Positions 12,765 to 25,713 of a stretch of 64,000 bases of DNA are shown in pieces (position 1 is the stretch's first letter; every line of letters begins with the position of its first letter). The stretch covers positions 17,858,001 to 17,922,000 of the forward strand of contig CM052818.1 in NCBI GenBank assembly GCA_028534125.1. The letters run 5' to 3'. This DNA comes from Lama glama. Its lineage: Eukaryota. Below the pieces are notes generated by a model. The model was not told where the DNA came from and made no database searches. It saw only the letters and a list, made by a program, of their open reading frames with translations. A program made the translations under genes and the position numbers.

Positions 12765-14172
12765 AGGATAACTTTATAGCTGTAACTTTTTATTGTAAAT
12801 TAGGGAATTCATAAGCAAGGAACTCAATATCCTGGGAGATATATTTGGTATGCAAGAAACAACTTTTGTGAATAGCTAGAGTTTAAGAGGTAGAATTTGA
12901 ATTCTTTCATTGATTTCATTCTTTTATCACAGATTCTCCCTCCTCAGGGTCAACAGCTGGCAAATGTGTAGCTCAGTCGGCAGTATATTGGTGTTACATT
13001 GTGTGATGCCTGCTTAAGTGCCTAGGTTGTACTCTTTTCTTTAAGAAGTTTATATTCTATCTAGAGTGATAAATTATAAAATACAGAGAAAACATTGTAG
13101 AGTTGATAATATACTATAAATCTTTCCTTTTTTCCCAGTTCTGACTTTACTGTTTCCTCTTGAGATCTCAATATTCTACTCCATTTCTTCCTCCAATTTC
13201 TTCACAAACTACCTTGCTCACCTCTCTGATTTCAGGAATTCAAATGTTGACAAGTGTGAGGGAAAAAAAAATAAAATAAACAAGACGCAGGACCATTTTA
13301 ATTAAATAAGATTATTAATAACAAGCCACTAAGAGTATCTAACCTATAACACATTCTCCTTAAATGACAACTATGTATGTTTGTATTATTAGTCTATCAT
13401 TTTATTACTACATACAAAAAAACAATCCTTGAGTGAGCAAGGTTCAGGCCTAGAGTGTGCTAGAGAGTTTATTCATCAATCATGGAACCAAAAGAATTAG
13501 GCATCTGCTCTGGGCAGAAGTGCCCTGGTCTTTCAGGGTTTATACAGTCTTACTGATGGTGTGTCTGCCTGAAGACCCAGTCTCTCTTTCCTGCACCAGT
13601 GCTGCCCAGGATAAGAAGAACATTGGAAACTTCATTCTCAATGGATCTTGGCTCCATTACTCCTGTCCCCATTCTGAGCACTCGAGAGGACAGGACCACT
13701 CACACGATCACCGAAACACAACTCTCCTGTATCTTGCACTGGCACATCCCTTCTCTTTGCTGCTCAGCACTTGGCATCCTCAATCGGAATGAAGCTCTAC
13801 CACTGTCTCCTAATTAGATTTCTGCCTAGTTCTTGCCAACTGGATTCTCTCTCCTGGTTTCCTGCTCTGCCAGGGTTTTTTTCCCTCCAAATACTTAAGA
13901 CATCTCCAAATGTGTTGCCACCTCTCTTTCCACATTATCTTTAAGCTGGTAATTGTCCTGATGCCTCTGTGAAATGGGACCTCTTGGAATATCTGCTGTG
14001 GTCTGAGTAAGCTATAGTTTGCCATGCCTATTTAGAATTGGAAAATTGAATCATTTTCCACTGCCCGTGACACTTGGTCCTGTAACTGGGTGGGTTCTCT
14101 TAGCCCAGGTTCCAGCTTTCTCCTCTCTCCTAACAGCCAGAAATCAGTGTTAGAATTTCCTTTACTCTTGGG

Positions 14173-14355
14173 CAGAGACAGATCCCTGTTTTGTGGAATT
14201 TAAAGCTTATAAAATGTAGGAGAGGGGCCTTTTTTAGAACAACAATTATGTATGCAAAGTTTCAGTTAGGTCCTTAGGGGAGAGCCCCCAGTAAGTGAGG
14301 GGGTCAGCCGCAGTTTAGACATTACTAGCTTCTTGGTAATAAGCCTGTGCCTCTG
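14173..14355 (-). mobile_element. hAT-type non-autonomous DNA transposon (MER53-like)
   Basis: 'cagagacagatccctgttttgtggaatttaaagcttataaaat...ggggcctttt' and terminal 'gcctctg' follow the recalled MER53 reverse complement. Confidence 0.75.
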
Positions 14356-14447
14356 AGAACTGAGGGGGCAATTAATGACACCCTCTTAGCTCTATCCTGG
14401 AACGGTGTAATAGACAAGGATATAGTTTGTTCAGCTAAACTAATTGT

Positions 14448-15330
14448 GTTAAGTTTTTACTTGGAAATAACTATAGACTTACAGAAAAATTACAAAAATA
14501 TTACATACAGTTAGTTTCTGTATGTGTTTCACCCAGCTTCCTCTAATATTTTACATCACATGATATAATTATCAAAACTCAGTTTCCATTGGTACAGTGT
14601 TAGTAACTAGACTGTCAGCTTTATCATTCAGTTTTCACCAATATTTTTATGAACAGGAGCCAGTCTGGGATGGCAAAGGACATTCCATTGTGATGTCTTC
14701 TTGGTCTCTCCCACCGTATGATACTTCTGTCCTCTTCCTTGTCATTCGTGACCTTGACACTTTTGAAGACCATGAGGCAGTTCTTTTGTACAATGTTTTT
14801 TGGTTTGAGTTCTAATGACGGGGTACAGGGTTTGCATTTTTAGCAGGAATGCCACATACACGAAATGCCCTCAATGCATCATATCAAGATGTATATATCA
14901 TGTTGATTTGTCTTACTATGGGTAATGTTAACATTGACCCCTTAAGATAGTGTCTGCTGGATTTCTCCATAGTAAAGTTACTATTTTTCCCTTTGAAATT
15001 AATAAGTATCTGCCAGTATTCCTCTTTTTTTTATTTCAAGCTTTTGCCTCTAATTTTAGCATCTGTGGATAATTTTATTAGAACTGCTCTGTTGTTCTAA
15101 TGATGGTTTGCTGTTTTCCTCATTCCTTTTGCATTTATTAAGACACCATTAATTACTGGAAGCAAGATCCACCATTTAGTTATTTGTTCAGTTACTATTT
15201 ATTACACTGTGGACTCATGGATATTCATTTTATTCTATGGGTTATAATCTAGTATTATTAGTATTTATTTTTGTTGCTTAAATTATTCCAGCTTTGGCCA
15301 TTGGGAGCTCTCAGTTTGGCTCCTCTGTCA
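14448..15330 (-). mobile_element. Old L1 3' region (L1MC-like)
   Basis: 'ttttacttggaaataactatagacttacagaaaaattacaaaaata...ttcacccagcttcctcta', 'gatttctccatagtaaagttactatttttccctttg', 'ttccagctttggccattgggagctc' are L1MC4/5-type antisense 3' UTR blocks. Confidence 0.85.
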
Positions 15331-15654
15331 AAAGCAATTTTGAAATAATTTATCTCTTGTGGTTTTCAAACACCTTGAAGAAACTCACTGCACAGTCAAA
15401 TTTCTTAAAACACCCTCTGTGTCCCCTTCTGTTGAATGATTTTCCATACAACGGCTACTCACACACCTAAGCCCTGTCCCGGCCCTCGTAGCCCCTGTGT
15501 CCTTCTATGTGCTTCCTATGGTCTTTCTTTGTACTCGACTCTTCATTACAAAAGGCCAAGAATAGTCCCTTTTGTGAGCCTTGGAAGATACGAAGAATGG
15601 AGGAGAGAGTAGGCCGGCCAAGCATGCTCTTTCACTGCCGAAGGGGAAAGAATA

Positions 15655-15800
15655 ACTAATTTTTATTTGGCCCAAAGGCACATACCAGATAAGTGCTTAA
15701 CAAACTTTATTTTCTTTATCTCTCACATCTTTCCTTATTGCCTGTTTTGGAAATGAAGCAACTAAAAGTGACTTGTCCAAACCAGCACTTCTGGGAAGTG
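15655..15800 (-). mobile_element. MIR remnant
   Basis: 'ataagtgcttaacaaac...gttttggaaatgaagcaactaaaagtgacttgtccaa'. Confidence 0.55.
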
Positions 15801-16899
15801 TTCTATGTGATGACGTATCTCATAGAGTTGCGTCAAGGCTACTTTAGCTTATGCGGATGGTAAAGAATGACTGTGCTTATAACACAGCCAGAAATTAGGG
15901 AAGGAGGGTTACAGGTGGGCCAGAGGATAGGCAACTGCATAAAAAAGAAATGGGATGATTATACAGAGATTTCCCCAGTGTCCCAAATTTTAACATCATG
16001 AGATTTGGTCTTCTAGTAAGAGGTTTTGTGAGGATACACTTTCAGGCATTAAAGTGCAGAGTGAATAAAAAGATTTCCCAAAATCAAGAAAACTAATTAC
16101 TAAAACTATCTTTAGAAGGAAAATTCCATGTACTTTCATTTCTAAGCAGGACTGAAAATGTGACAGATTTTGATTAAGTTCAGTTTTGCTGTTTTGTCAG
16201 GGAAATAGAGTTCTGGACTTTGGGTGTGGGGACTCCTAGTGCTTCTTTCCAACAATGATGAAAATTAAGCCCTTGATTTTTGAGATTCCCTCACTCCAAG
16301 TTTTACAAAATGACAGATCACCTAGCAATCCATTTCTTTCAAAAGAAATAATTACAATTGTCCTATCCTTAATTACTTTAGATAATCATGATTTATTTGA
16401 GTATGTTGTGAACATACAGGGATTTATGCTTATTTATCCTAGTGGTTTTTGAGGCAAGCCTAAAAATATATATATACATAATGTATGTTTACATTTTATA
16501 GGGTAAAATATTCAGATGTTCCTTTCAAAGCCTGTCCTTTGCATATTGCTTGTAAAGAGTGAATGGTATTGACACATTTCCATAGGCTATCTATCAGCTT
16601 GGGGAGGTTGAAAATGATAGTTTCTTTAGGGGACTATCAAAATTCAAAGAAAAATATTACAGAAATTAAGCAAAAATTATGTGCTATCCTGCCTTGTTAT
16701 ATAAAATTCAAAGGAGAAGTGTCTGAGACACAGTGCAGCACAGCATCGGGCAGCACGTGATGCCTGTGTGTGGGAAGGCTGCTGTAGATTCTGAAATGGA
16801 GGGAAGTAACTTTCGTCGTCATTGGCTCCCTAGAATTGCTGCTTCTCCAGAAAAATATATCAGTTTCCAAAGTCTACAGTCAGATTTCAGAAGAATGAT

Positions 16900-17380
16900 T
16901 TAAGCTGCATTAGGTCTGTAAGGGATTTATGTAAGAAAAGCATTTAAATGCATCTTAAAGAATAAGATAAAGACTTGGGCACTCTGAAATGATTGCATGG
17001 AAGTGAAGACCAGGTGAGATTGTCAGGCAGGGGAACAACTTCAAGTGGGAAAACATGAGCTCTGTGTAAGGAGTGGAGGGCAGGATAATGAGAAGTAAGT
17101 TCAGGAAAGTTGTATCTAATTAGAACACCAAGGTAAGGAATTTGCATTTTATTCTATAAGCAGAGAAAAGTCATTGAGTTTTTTTTTTCTTTTTGAACAG
17201 TGGAAGGACATGGTCAGAAGTATACCATGAAACTGTGAGTTTGATACTAGGATGCACTGGAGAGAGAAGATAGTACAAGCAGAAAGAACAGGAAGTTGAT
17301 CTAGGTAAGAGATACTACATATTCTAAATATTAGTTAAAAAGTAGAATGGGCTGGATGGAGGAGAACACTAAGTTGAAGT
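16900..17380 (-). mobile_element. L2 remnant
   Basis: 'aaggtaaggaatttgcattttattctataagcagagaaaagtcattgag...ggacatggtcagaagt'. Confidence 0.7.
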
Positions 17381-17802
17381 CTTCAGGGATGAGCTGTTTT
17401 GAGTTAGTGTTTTCTTAACTGAAACAGACTAGTGAAGCTATTTTTATCATATTGACAGGAAAAATTGAATTTGTCAAAGAACCTAAAAGCCTTTCATGCA
17501 GATTTTACAGATCACTTGAAATATATGTTTAATGACCATATTTTACAAATGGATAAAAAATCAGAGAACACTACAATTGACTTGAATATATAATTTATGC
17601 TGATATTTTTCTTCTGAATCTCTGTGATACTTATTCTTTATATTATTCATTTGCCAGTTTAGCATATATTGAGATGTAAAGTTTTGCTGAAATGTTAATT
17701 ATATTTCTGAATTAAGTTACCGTTCATATTTGTTTATCATATATCTACAATTATAGTTAGATAACTTATTCAGCATAGGAAAGACACAGTCCTCACACTT
17801 TT

Positions 17803-18873
17803 TTAAAATTTTTTATTGATTTATAATCATTTTACAATGTTGTGTTAAATTCCAGTGTAGAGCACAATTTTTCAGTTATACATGAACATATATATATTCA
17901 TTGTCACATTTTTTTCTCTCTGAGCTACCATAAGGTCTTGTATATATTTTCCTGTGCTATATACAGTGTAATCTTGTTTATCTATTCTACATTTTGAAAT
18001 CCCAGTCTATCCCTTCCCACCCCTCACCCCATTGGCAACCACAAGTTTGTATTCTATGTCTATGAGTCTGTTTCTGTTTTGTATTTATGATTTTTTTGTT
18101 TTGTTTTGTTTTGTTTTAGATTCCACATATAAGCGATCTCATATGGTATTTTTCTTTCTCTTTCTGGCTTACTTCACTTAGAATGACATTCTCCAGGGGC
18201 ATCCATGTTGCTACAAATGGTGTTATGTTGTCAGTTTTTATGGCTGAGTAGTATTCCATTGTATAAATATACCACCTCTTTATCCAGTCATCCGTTGATG
18301 GACATTTAGGCTGTTTCCATGTCTTGGCTATTGTAAATAGTGCTGCTATGAACACTGGGGTGCAGGTGTCTTTCTGAAGTAGGGTCCCTTCTGGATATAT
18401 GCCCAGGAGCAGGATTCCTGGGTCATATGGTAAATCTATTCCTAGTCTTTTGAGGAATCTCCATACTGTTTTCCACAGTAGCTGCACCATACTGCATTCC
18501 CACCAGCAGTGTAGGAGGGTTTCCTTTTCTCCACAGCCTCTCCAGCATTTGTCATTTGTGGATTTTTGAATGCTGGCCATTCTGACTGGTGTAAGGTGAT
18601 ACCTCATCGTAATTTTGATTTGCATTTCTCTGATAATTAGTGATATTGAGCATTTTTTTCATGTGCCTATTGATCATTTGTATGTCTTCCTTGGAGAATT
18701 GCTTGTTTAGGTCTTCTGCCCATTTTTGGATTGGGTTGTTTGTTTTTTTCTTATTAAGTCATACAAGCTGCTTATATATTCTGGAGATCAAGCCTTTGTC
18801 GGTTTCATTTGCAAAAATTTTCTCCCATTCCGTAGGTTGTCATTTTGTTTTACTTATGGTTTCCTTTGCTGTG
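17803..18873 (-). mobile_element. Young 5'-truncated L1 (~1.07 kb) with open ORF2 C-terminus
   Basis: ORF 18116..18625(-) [16 protein letters not shown]...[18 protein letters not shown] (CCHC knuckle)...[12 protein letters not shown]. Perfect TSD cagtcctcacactttt at 17787-17802 and 18874-18889; TTTT/AA endonuclease site. Confidence 0.97.
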
Positions 18874-19420
18874 CAGTCCTCACACTTTTAATTTCTCCAT
18901 GGTACCTAAAATAGTTTGTTATCTATAGTAAATGAATTCATATATGTTTGTTTTTTAACTGACAGATTGGACCAAAGATTGGGTCAATATGGAAGAGTAA
19001 GAAACTTTCAGTGTAGTAAGTGTAACAGCAGCAATTATGTTGGATATTGTTCTTTGAAACTGTGCTAAGTTTTGTGAGTGTTGATGTTTGCAAAAAATGC
19101 AGATTTGTTTCAAAAAAATTCTCTTTTTGAAACAGAATTCTTAAGAGAAACTTGAAGGGCTATATTTCCTTCTTTTTTTTTTTTTTTGGTCTAATTATAT
19201 GGGTCAGGAGTGATCATTCATGACAGGTCAGGTGGAGGGCTAATATTTTAAAACTCCTTACAATGAAAGTGAGTTTTCTAAGATTTCTGCAGGAGGAATG
19301 TTAGATATCAGAATCAAACTCCTTAACATTAAGGAGGTAAAACAATGTAAAACCATATGAACACAAGTATGTTCCTACTAAACTCTACTGCTATAGATCT
19401 ATATTCCTTACAAATACATG

Positions 19421-19467
19421 TGTATATATATATATATATATGTATATGTACATATATATGTATACAT
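19421..19467. repeat. (TA)n-rich microsatellite
   Basis: tgtatatatatatatatatatgtatatgtacatatatatgtatacat. Confidence 0.9.
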
Positions 19468-20959
19468 GTCCACCTTCCTGTCTCCTTGTGGCTCTGGAGA
19501 TGCAGAATAGCATAGATCGCATGTTTTTGATGGGAGGACTTTGTTGAACGACTTGATTTGAAATAGCTACGTGATAAACCTCCTCAGGTACAGTGCAATG
19601 ATCTCAAAATCATCTATTCATAAAAAATGCATCTAAATCCATTCCTTAGAAGAAGGCAATTCATTGTCACTATTCCCTCTTCCACATAAAACACATTCAT
19701 TGAATAGCACCAGCACAAGTGTCTGCCCCCCCAGATTAGTTAGTTTGCAGTTAGCTGTCATTGTTCTGACCTCTAATACATTGTGGGAAGTGTTCTTAAC
19801 TTCTGTTTACATATTAAACAAACTGAATAAATACTGAGCAGAGCATAAGAAAAAAATATTCCCTTACAGACCTAGAACAAAAGAAGCCTGTAATCCGCAG
19901 ATTTACCCCATACAATAATTGTATGAGGTGCCGTTGGATTTGTGTGTACAAGTCACTGTAGCTCTTCTTCAAGAGCTTCCGAAGTAGCAGAATAAGTATG
20001 TAAACCACTGTGATACGAAGCAGAACCAGCTGGCATCACTTCGTGTGATTAGAAGTGATAGTAAGTGCTGTAACATTTCAAAGAAGGTAGGCATCAACTT
20101 GAGTTGGGCTTATCAAACACGAGTCCTAAGAAAAAGTAGGAGTTGAACAGGGCAGCAACCTGGTAGGATTTAGAAAGTTTAATATTAGGAGATTGGGAAC
20201 TTGAAGTTGAGAGAATAACAAAGCTAATCACAAATAAGAAATAATTGGATTGAATTTGGAGTCTTGAAGGAGCTAAGCCTACTTGTGCTGCATTCCAGGC
20301 AGTCCCAGATTTAGATTTTGAATACTTACTTTGGGCCTTAACTACATGGTGCTCTGTTCCACCATTCACTTTGACCTCGTTGTTTACCTGCCTCACTTTC
20401 TGATCCTTAGGTGCATCCTTGGCTTGCCTCACTGGCTTGATGCCTTACTTCGTTCCCTCCTTTGACCTTGGCTCCTGTTTCTGATGTCTTTCTACCTTAT
20501 AATACTTACCACTGAACTACTTCTCCTTCTGTTCACTGTCCTATTGCTTTTTGGCAACCTCATAAACGTGGTGGAATGGAATATATTTTCTTCGAGTGAT
20601 GCTAAATTGATCCACTTTTTGGGAAGAGAAAATTTTAGTTGGATAACAAGAAACGAGACTGAAAAATTAAGGCAAAACAGTAAAGGAGACCAAGGTGTAT
20701 GGATTTTTTGGTCATGGTTTCCTACAACCTAAGCTATATTTTCCTTTCAATTGATTATTTTTTAAAAGTTTGCTATTCATCCTAAGCAATATTATCTACA
20801 TAATCATTGTTTAAAGTAATAAGATTTTTATTCCATTATAAATACATAACTTTAAATTATTTTTACATTTTTAACTGATATTATGTGTTCTCTTTGTTGC
20901 TAAAAACTGTTACAATCAATGGGTAGCTCTTAGAGCTTTAGCCAGATAATTTTAGCAAG

Positions 20960-21860
20960 ATTAACCTTGTAGTATATAGGATGATTAGAAGTGGGAGAGT
21001 AGAAGATTAAGGTAAACATACAATTAGGAGTTAATAAAGATCTGCATCAGAGTCTTCACTGAGGGAATAAAAAGAGATGTGATAGGGAATCCATAGGTCT
21101 TACTGGTACTGGAAGTGGCTTCCAAGTTGAAAGGGTTAAAATGACGCCACATTTTGAGTCTTAATGCCTGGGAAAATGATGGTACAATAAATAAAAATGG
21201 GATTACCTGGAGGAAGCAGGTTTTTGAGGAAAGAGGATTAGTTTAGTTTGGGAGTTCTTAAACTAAGGATCTGGTAGACAGGATGTTGAAGGTTAAGGAC
21301 TAGAGTTCCTGACTGATGTTGACCTGGGTGTCATTTGCCTAGCGTTGGGGGTTATAACCATGGCATAGCTGAGGTCTCTGAAGAGGAGTGGGAAGAAAGA
21401 GAACAGTAGATGACCAAAGAGAGAACTCTGAAGGGGAGGCCTGTACTTACTGTGTGGAAGGAGAGACAAGAGGCGGCAATCTTGACAGAGGAGCAGTGAT
21501 GAGTCTTGGAAAGGAAGAATCAGTGTAGTGTTTCTGTGCACACCGAGGAAGAATACTGTCTAAAAATGGAGCAGTGGCTAAAAATAAAACACCTAATATT
21601 ATGTAAGCATTTGAAAATGTTGAGAATGCTTTTGAACAGATTGGGCATCAGGAAGGGAAAGAAAGAGATGTTGTCAGAATATGAAGACTTGATCAAACAC
21701 AGAATGTGGAAAGTTGGTGATAAGAATATCTGAAAGCACATGGCCTGATGACAGGACTGTGGTTCAGACAGAGAGCAATGATGAGTGGGACAGGGAAGAG
21801 CTTGGCTTCTATGGGGGAGGACATACGATAATGGGAGTGGAATCAAAGTCAGACACTGTT
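20960..21860 (-). mobile_element. L2 remnant
   Basis: 'gaggaagcaggtttttgaggaaagaggattagtttagtttggg', 'gacctgggtgtcatttgcct', 'aaaggaagaatcagtgtagtgttt' are antisense L2 ORF2/3' blocks. Confidence 0.7.
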
Positions 21861-24800
21861 GTGGTAGGAGTCAGTCACTGATGTTACTGTACAAGATTGA
21901 GGCCTGGTCAAGGAAACAAGGCTGAATTCCATTTCTTAAAACTGAAAAGTAAGGCCAATGTCAGGAAGTTTGACTTAATACTGGCCTTCTGGGATCGGGA
22001 ACTAGGACTCTTTCCCCCCTACTAAAGAGATTTCCCAGAACCTAGAATGGGATTTAGAAGACTGATAAGAACCACATGACTTTATATAGGGGGAAGATTC
22101 TGCATAACCCAACCTGGGGATTCATTATTTTGTCCTCATGACAACTTGAAGGTGTAGAGTTAGTATCAAAACCAGAGACAGAAACTGCATTTTGAAAGTC
22201 TTTTGGCCGCGTTTACCTGAGCATAGTGAAGATAAGGAAGGCCATTCATTAATGGTGGTGACTCCTGTTGGTGATCACAGAAGAGGAGAGTAAACCTATG
22301 GGAACACAGGAAGGTTCATAGAAGGGCAGAGAAATGAGGGTGTGAGGGTCCCCCATGGGGTGAGTAAATATGCCAATATAGTAATGGATAATTAATAAGC
22401 ATTTCCAAAATGTTCTTGAAACCCACATAAAAAGGTATTTTGGGTGGTTGGTTGGTTTTTGTAACCCCAGTACTGTTGATTTAAAGCTGAAAATAGTACT
22501 GATATAATCGTTTCCAGAAGGAATACTAACTTGATGATGTCCTCCCCTTCCGAAGGCTGTGAGGGCTTGATTGGCCAATCTGTGGTATTTTCCTGTGAGG
22601 TAGAAGAGTGACTGCCACTGTCCCATCACTAGTGTCAGTGCATGGTTTATTAATCAAGGGGCCAGAAGATGAACTGCCAGAAGTTCGACTATGTGTCTCT
22701 GGACTTCGATGTTTAGTGAAAATTCTCCTTCCAGAAGGAGTGTTGCCCTCCTAACCACTGTGACAAAAGCGATGCCCTAGGGTTTTGTCTGCTTGCCTTG
22801 AGTTTGTTACAGAGCAGTGGGGAAATGTGCTGCCTCTTCGGAGTCCTTCACTGAGCCTTAATGAAAAGTAATATAATAAAGCAGCACATGATACGTTTTT
22901 GGATTACCCTCTAGTAACAAACCACATAATCAAAAGGTCCTCATGTCCTCCAAGATCTGCCTTGTCCTTGGTGAGCCCAGAGCCCATCTGTAGAAGCCAG
23001 GCTAAATCCCCTGCTCCTGGATCACCAGCACCCCTGCCTACCCTGATCTTGTACTCAGCAGTATGATCCCAAACTACTTGTGCTAACCTGGTTAGTTCTC
23101 TGACTTCTGATTTCCACCTGTGTCAGGCAACTGCTAAAAATCAGTTATTAGGCAACCAGAGAAGTGGGTATAAAAGTTACAATTTTCTAACACCTCTAAT
23201 ACTTACTCCTTTAATTACCCACCAAAATGCTGCAAGGTGGAGTTTGCACCAATTTTATATAGAGCAGAAAATACAGGGATGAACTCATGTATGTTTTCCA
23301 GTATAACTGGAAACAAAAAATGATCAGAGGCTATTAAAATGCTTACCTTGTCAAACTGTGGTCCTTGTGGTTGTATAGGAACTAGACTATTAAGATGACT
23401 TAAAATACAGTGAATTTTGACTCTGAAAACAAACTGCTTTTGAATTCTCCCATCATTGGGATATTGGTTCTGCTTGGGTATAAGGAGTCAGCTGAAGACA
23501 CACAGCGACAAGGAGATTTTATAGAGTGCCAAAGTCATGCTGAATTTATTTCTTTTAATTGTATTCCATATTCCCCTTTTATGAGTATACCCATATAAAA
23601 TGGTACATAATATTTAATGAAGACAGGCCTATATGATCTTCTGGATCTAAATTCTAAGTATGCACATGAATGGAGTTTAATAAAATTATTTTATTGGTGC
23701 AAAAGAATGCTCTCACAGATGCTTCCCTGCTTCTTTGCAGTTTAATTTTTTTTTCTAACACAGAGTATGCTATGGGAACAGAGTAATTAATGTGGCCTGT
23801 CTCACCAGCAAAGCCTACGTGCCAAATTTACAGTGAAAAACACAGCTCCAATCAATTCTTACTGTGTCTTAACATCATGTTTTTCATCCCTATCTCATTC
23901 TTTTGTTAATTAAATAAGATTTGTTATTTTCTGGCTCGCAATTTGAAGAGCTCACAAAACTTGGCTAGTTCAAAATTCAAAGGCGTCTATTGAAAAAGAA
24001 TCAATTTAGTCGCATAAGAGATTATGTACAGAGGGTAATAGTCTAATCAGAGACCCCGAGGGCTTTGAAATACTGTTTCATCTGTGTTTTAAGTTATTCC
24101 TCTTATCAGTATTTTTTTCCCACGTTAAAGTGGGAGCAGAGAATGCCTTTATAAATGGTTTACATGCCAGGAGATGATCACTAAGAAATGCAAAGGTTAA
24201 TAAACAGTGTTTGTGCAGATGGGTTCAATAAGAAGCAAAAGGCCAGTAATGCGTTTTAATAGTACATGTACAGTGATGACTCACCTGGGCCAGAGCAGCC
24301 AGTCCTTAAAGGGCAAGTGCGACCTGTGTACTTGCTCCTTTCAGAGACAGCACGCGTACCCTCTTCAACTGCTTTGTTCACACAATACCACATGGTCATG
24401 TGTCAAAGCTTGTTTTAAGTCCCTTCTCTTCTCCTCTTCATTCATTCACTTTAGGGTCCAGAGTACTCAACCTTGTGTGACCTTCAATTTTTCTTTTTTC
24501 CTAAGGGCTCTTGCCTGAACTTAAATTTTTTATTTCATCCACTGAAGCCCGTGTTCAGTGCTGTGAATCAAGACTTAATTTTTAAACAGAATAGCTACTG
24601 AAGATACAGACGTAAAATGGAAATGAATGCTTCTTGAAACCAGAAGATGCAGTCCTCTGAACATGTTGTAGGGAAAAACCCATTTCCTGTATCATTTGCA
24701 TTTGGCTAAAAGCATTTCGCTTAAATGCCTGAAAGTATCTAGGGTGAAATAAGTAGGAAAATCTTCTCAGAAACACTAGTAATATGAAACTAGCAATACA

Positions 24801-25112
24801 GTGAATGCTTCTCCAGCTGTTGGTTCCATCAGATCAGCTGCCCACACTCAGTGTGGTACATGGGGTATAGCCATCTTGTTTCAGCTGACAAGAGGTACGT
24901 TCGGCCAGAGAACTGGTGCAGGAGCTTAGAGGTGGAAGTGACCTCACGTGGTCTGGCCGCCAGATCAGACAGACCTACACCCTAAGTGGTGTACAGTGAT
25001 GAGTTACATTAAAGGCATCTCTAAGCGGGATTCATGCAGAGAAGTTGACAGCTAGTGAATTTCTTTGTCCATTTCTGTGAATTTTTTTGTGTGCTTATTG
25101 TTTACCAAAAAC

Positions 25113-25166
25113 ATTTTTGTTAATTGAAGTATACTCGATATACAATGTTGTGTTAGTTTCCAAGTG
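25113..25166 (-). mobile_element. Very short L1 3' terminal fragment
   Basis: 'ttaattgaagtatactcgatatacaatgttgtgttagtttc' is the antisense artiodactyl L1 3' end. Confidence 0.7.
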
Positions 25167-25713
25167 GTGAGCATTACTGGCTGGAGCCCTAAAGAGGCAC
25201 GCATTTGTGTACATATGTGTGTGTCTGTATCTTCGTCCATTTATTTGAATCTCTGCAAACTTACTGCTTGGTCTATCATCGTTTCTTTGTCCTGTTTTTC
25301 GATAGAGGAAAGATGAAAAGTGCTACCTCTGGAACTTAATAATCGTAGGGCCTGGAGACAGAGTGTCCGCTTCTACCTTGGGCCTTGTGAGAAACACTGT
25401 GTGTCTTATCCCTGTTATTACTCAAAACCAGGTTAAATACTTCTTCCTGACCCATCCATTCCTTTATTTCTCGTTAGTTACGTCCTTCCTCCATTTGTTT
25501 AGTGCCTGGTATTTTCACCCTTTTCCTTGGTGGTATACCTGTTTCTTGTACCCAAAGAGAGACTTGGTGTCCCTGGGTTTATACTTGAACTCTGCTGAAT
25601 GACGTGTATTTGCTTCAAGCAATTCAACAGTCCTGCCTCAAGACCTCAGCCCTCTTTAAAACTGCTTAGCTGGAAATCCAACAGAGACAGACACTCCTAG
25701 CCTTCCTTTAATG

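Noticed and set aside
12966..13035. tRNA-like A box (GTAGCTCAGTCGG) with a possible B box (GGTTGTACTC)
   Set aside because: The intervening sequence does not form a cloverleaf or match a SINE body I recognise; probably chance or too decayed to call.
13440..14160. Possible very old LTR-like sequence (similar impression at 4680-4990 and 21860-22450)
   Set aside because: Only general composition suggests it; I could not match termini or a family with confidence.
18116..18625. 169-aa ORF as a host protein-coding gene
   Set aside because: It is the L1 ORF2 C-terminus inside a TSD-flanked, 5'-truncated insertion with no promoter.
20510..20658. Minus-strand exon candidate with one open frame
   Set aside because: The peptide is unrecognisable, the acceptor is modest, and such pseudo-exons are expected by chance in 64 kb.
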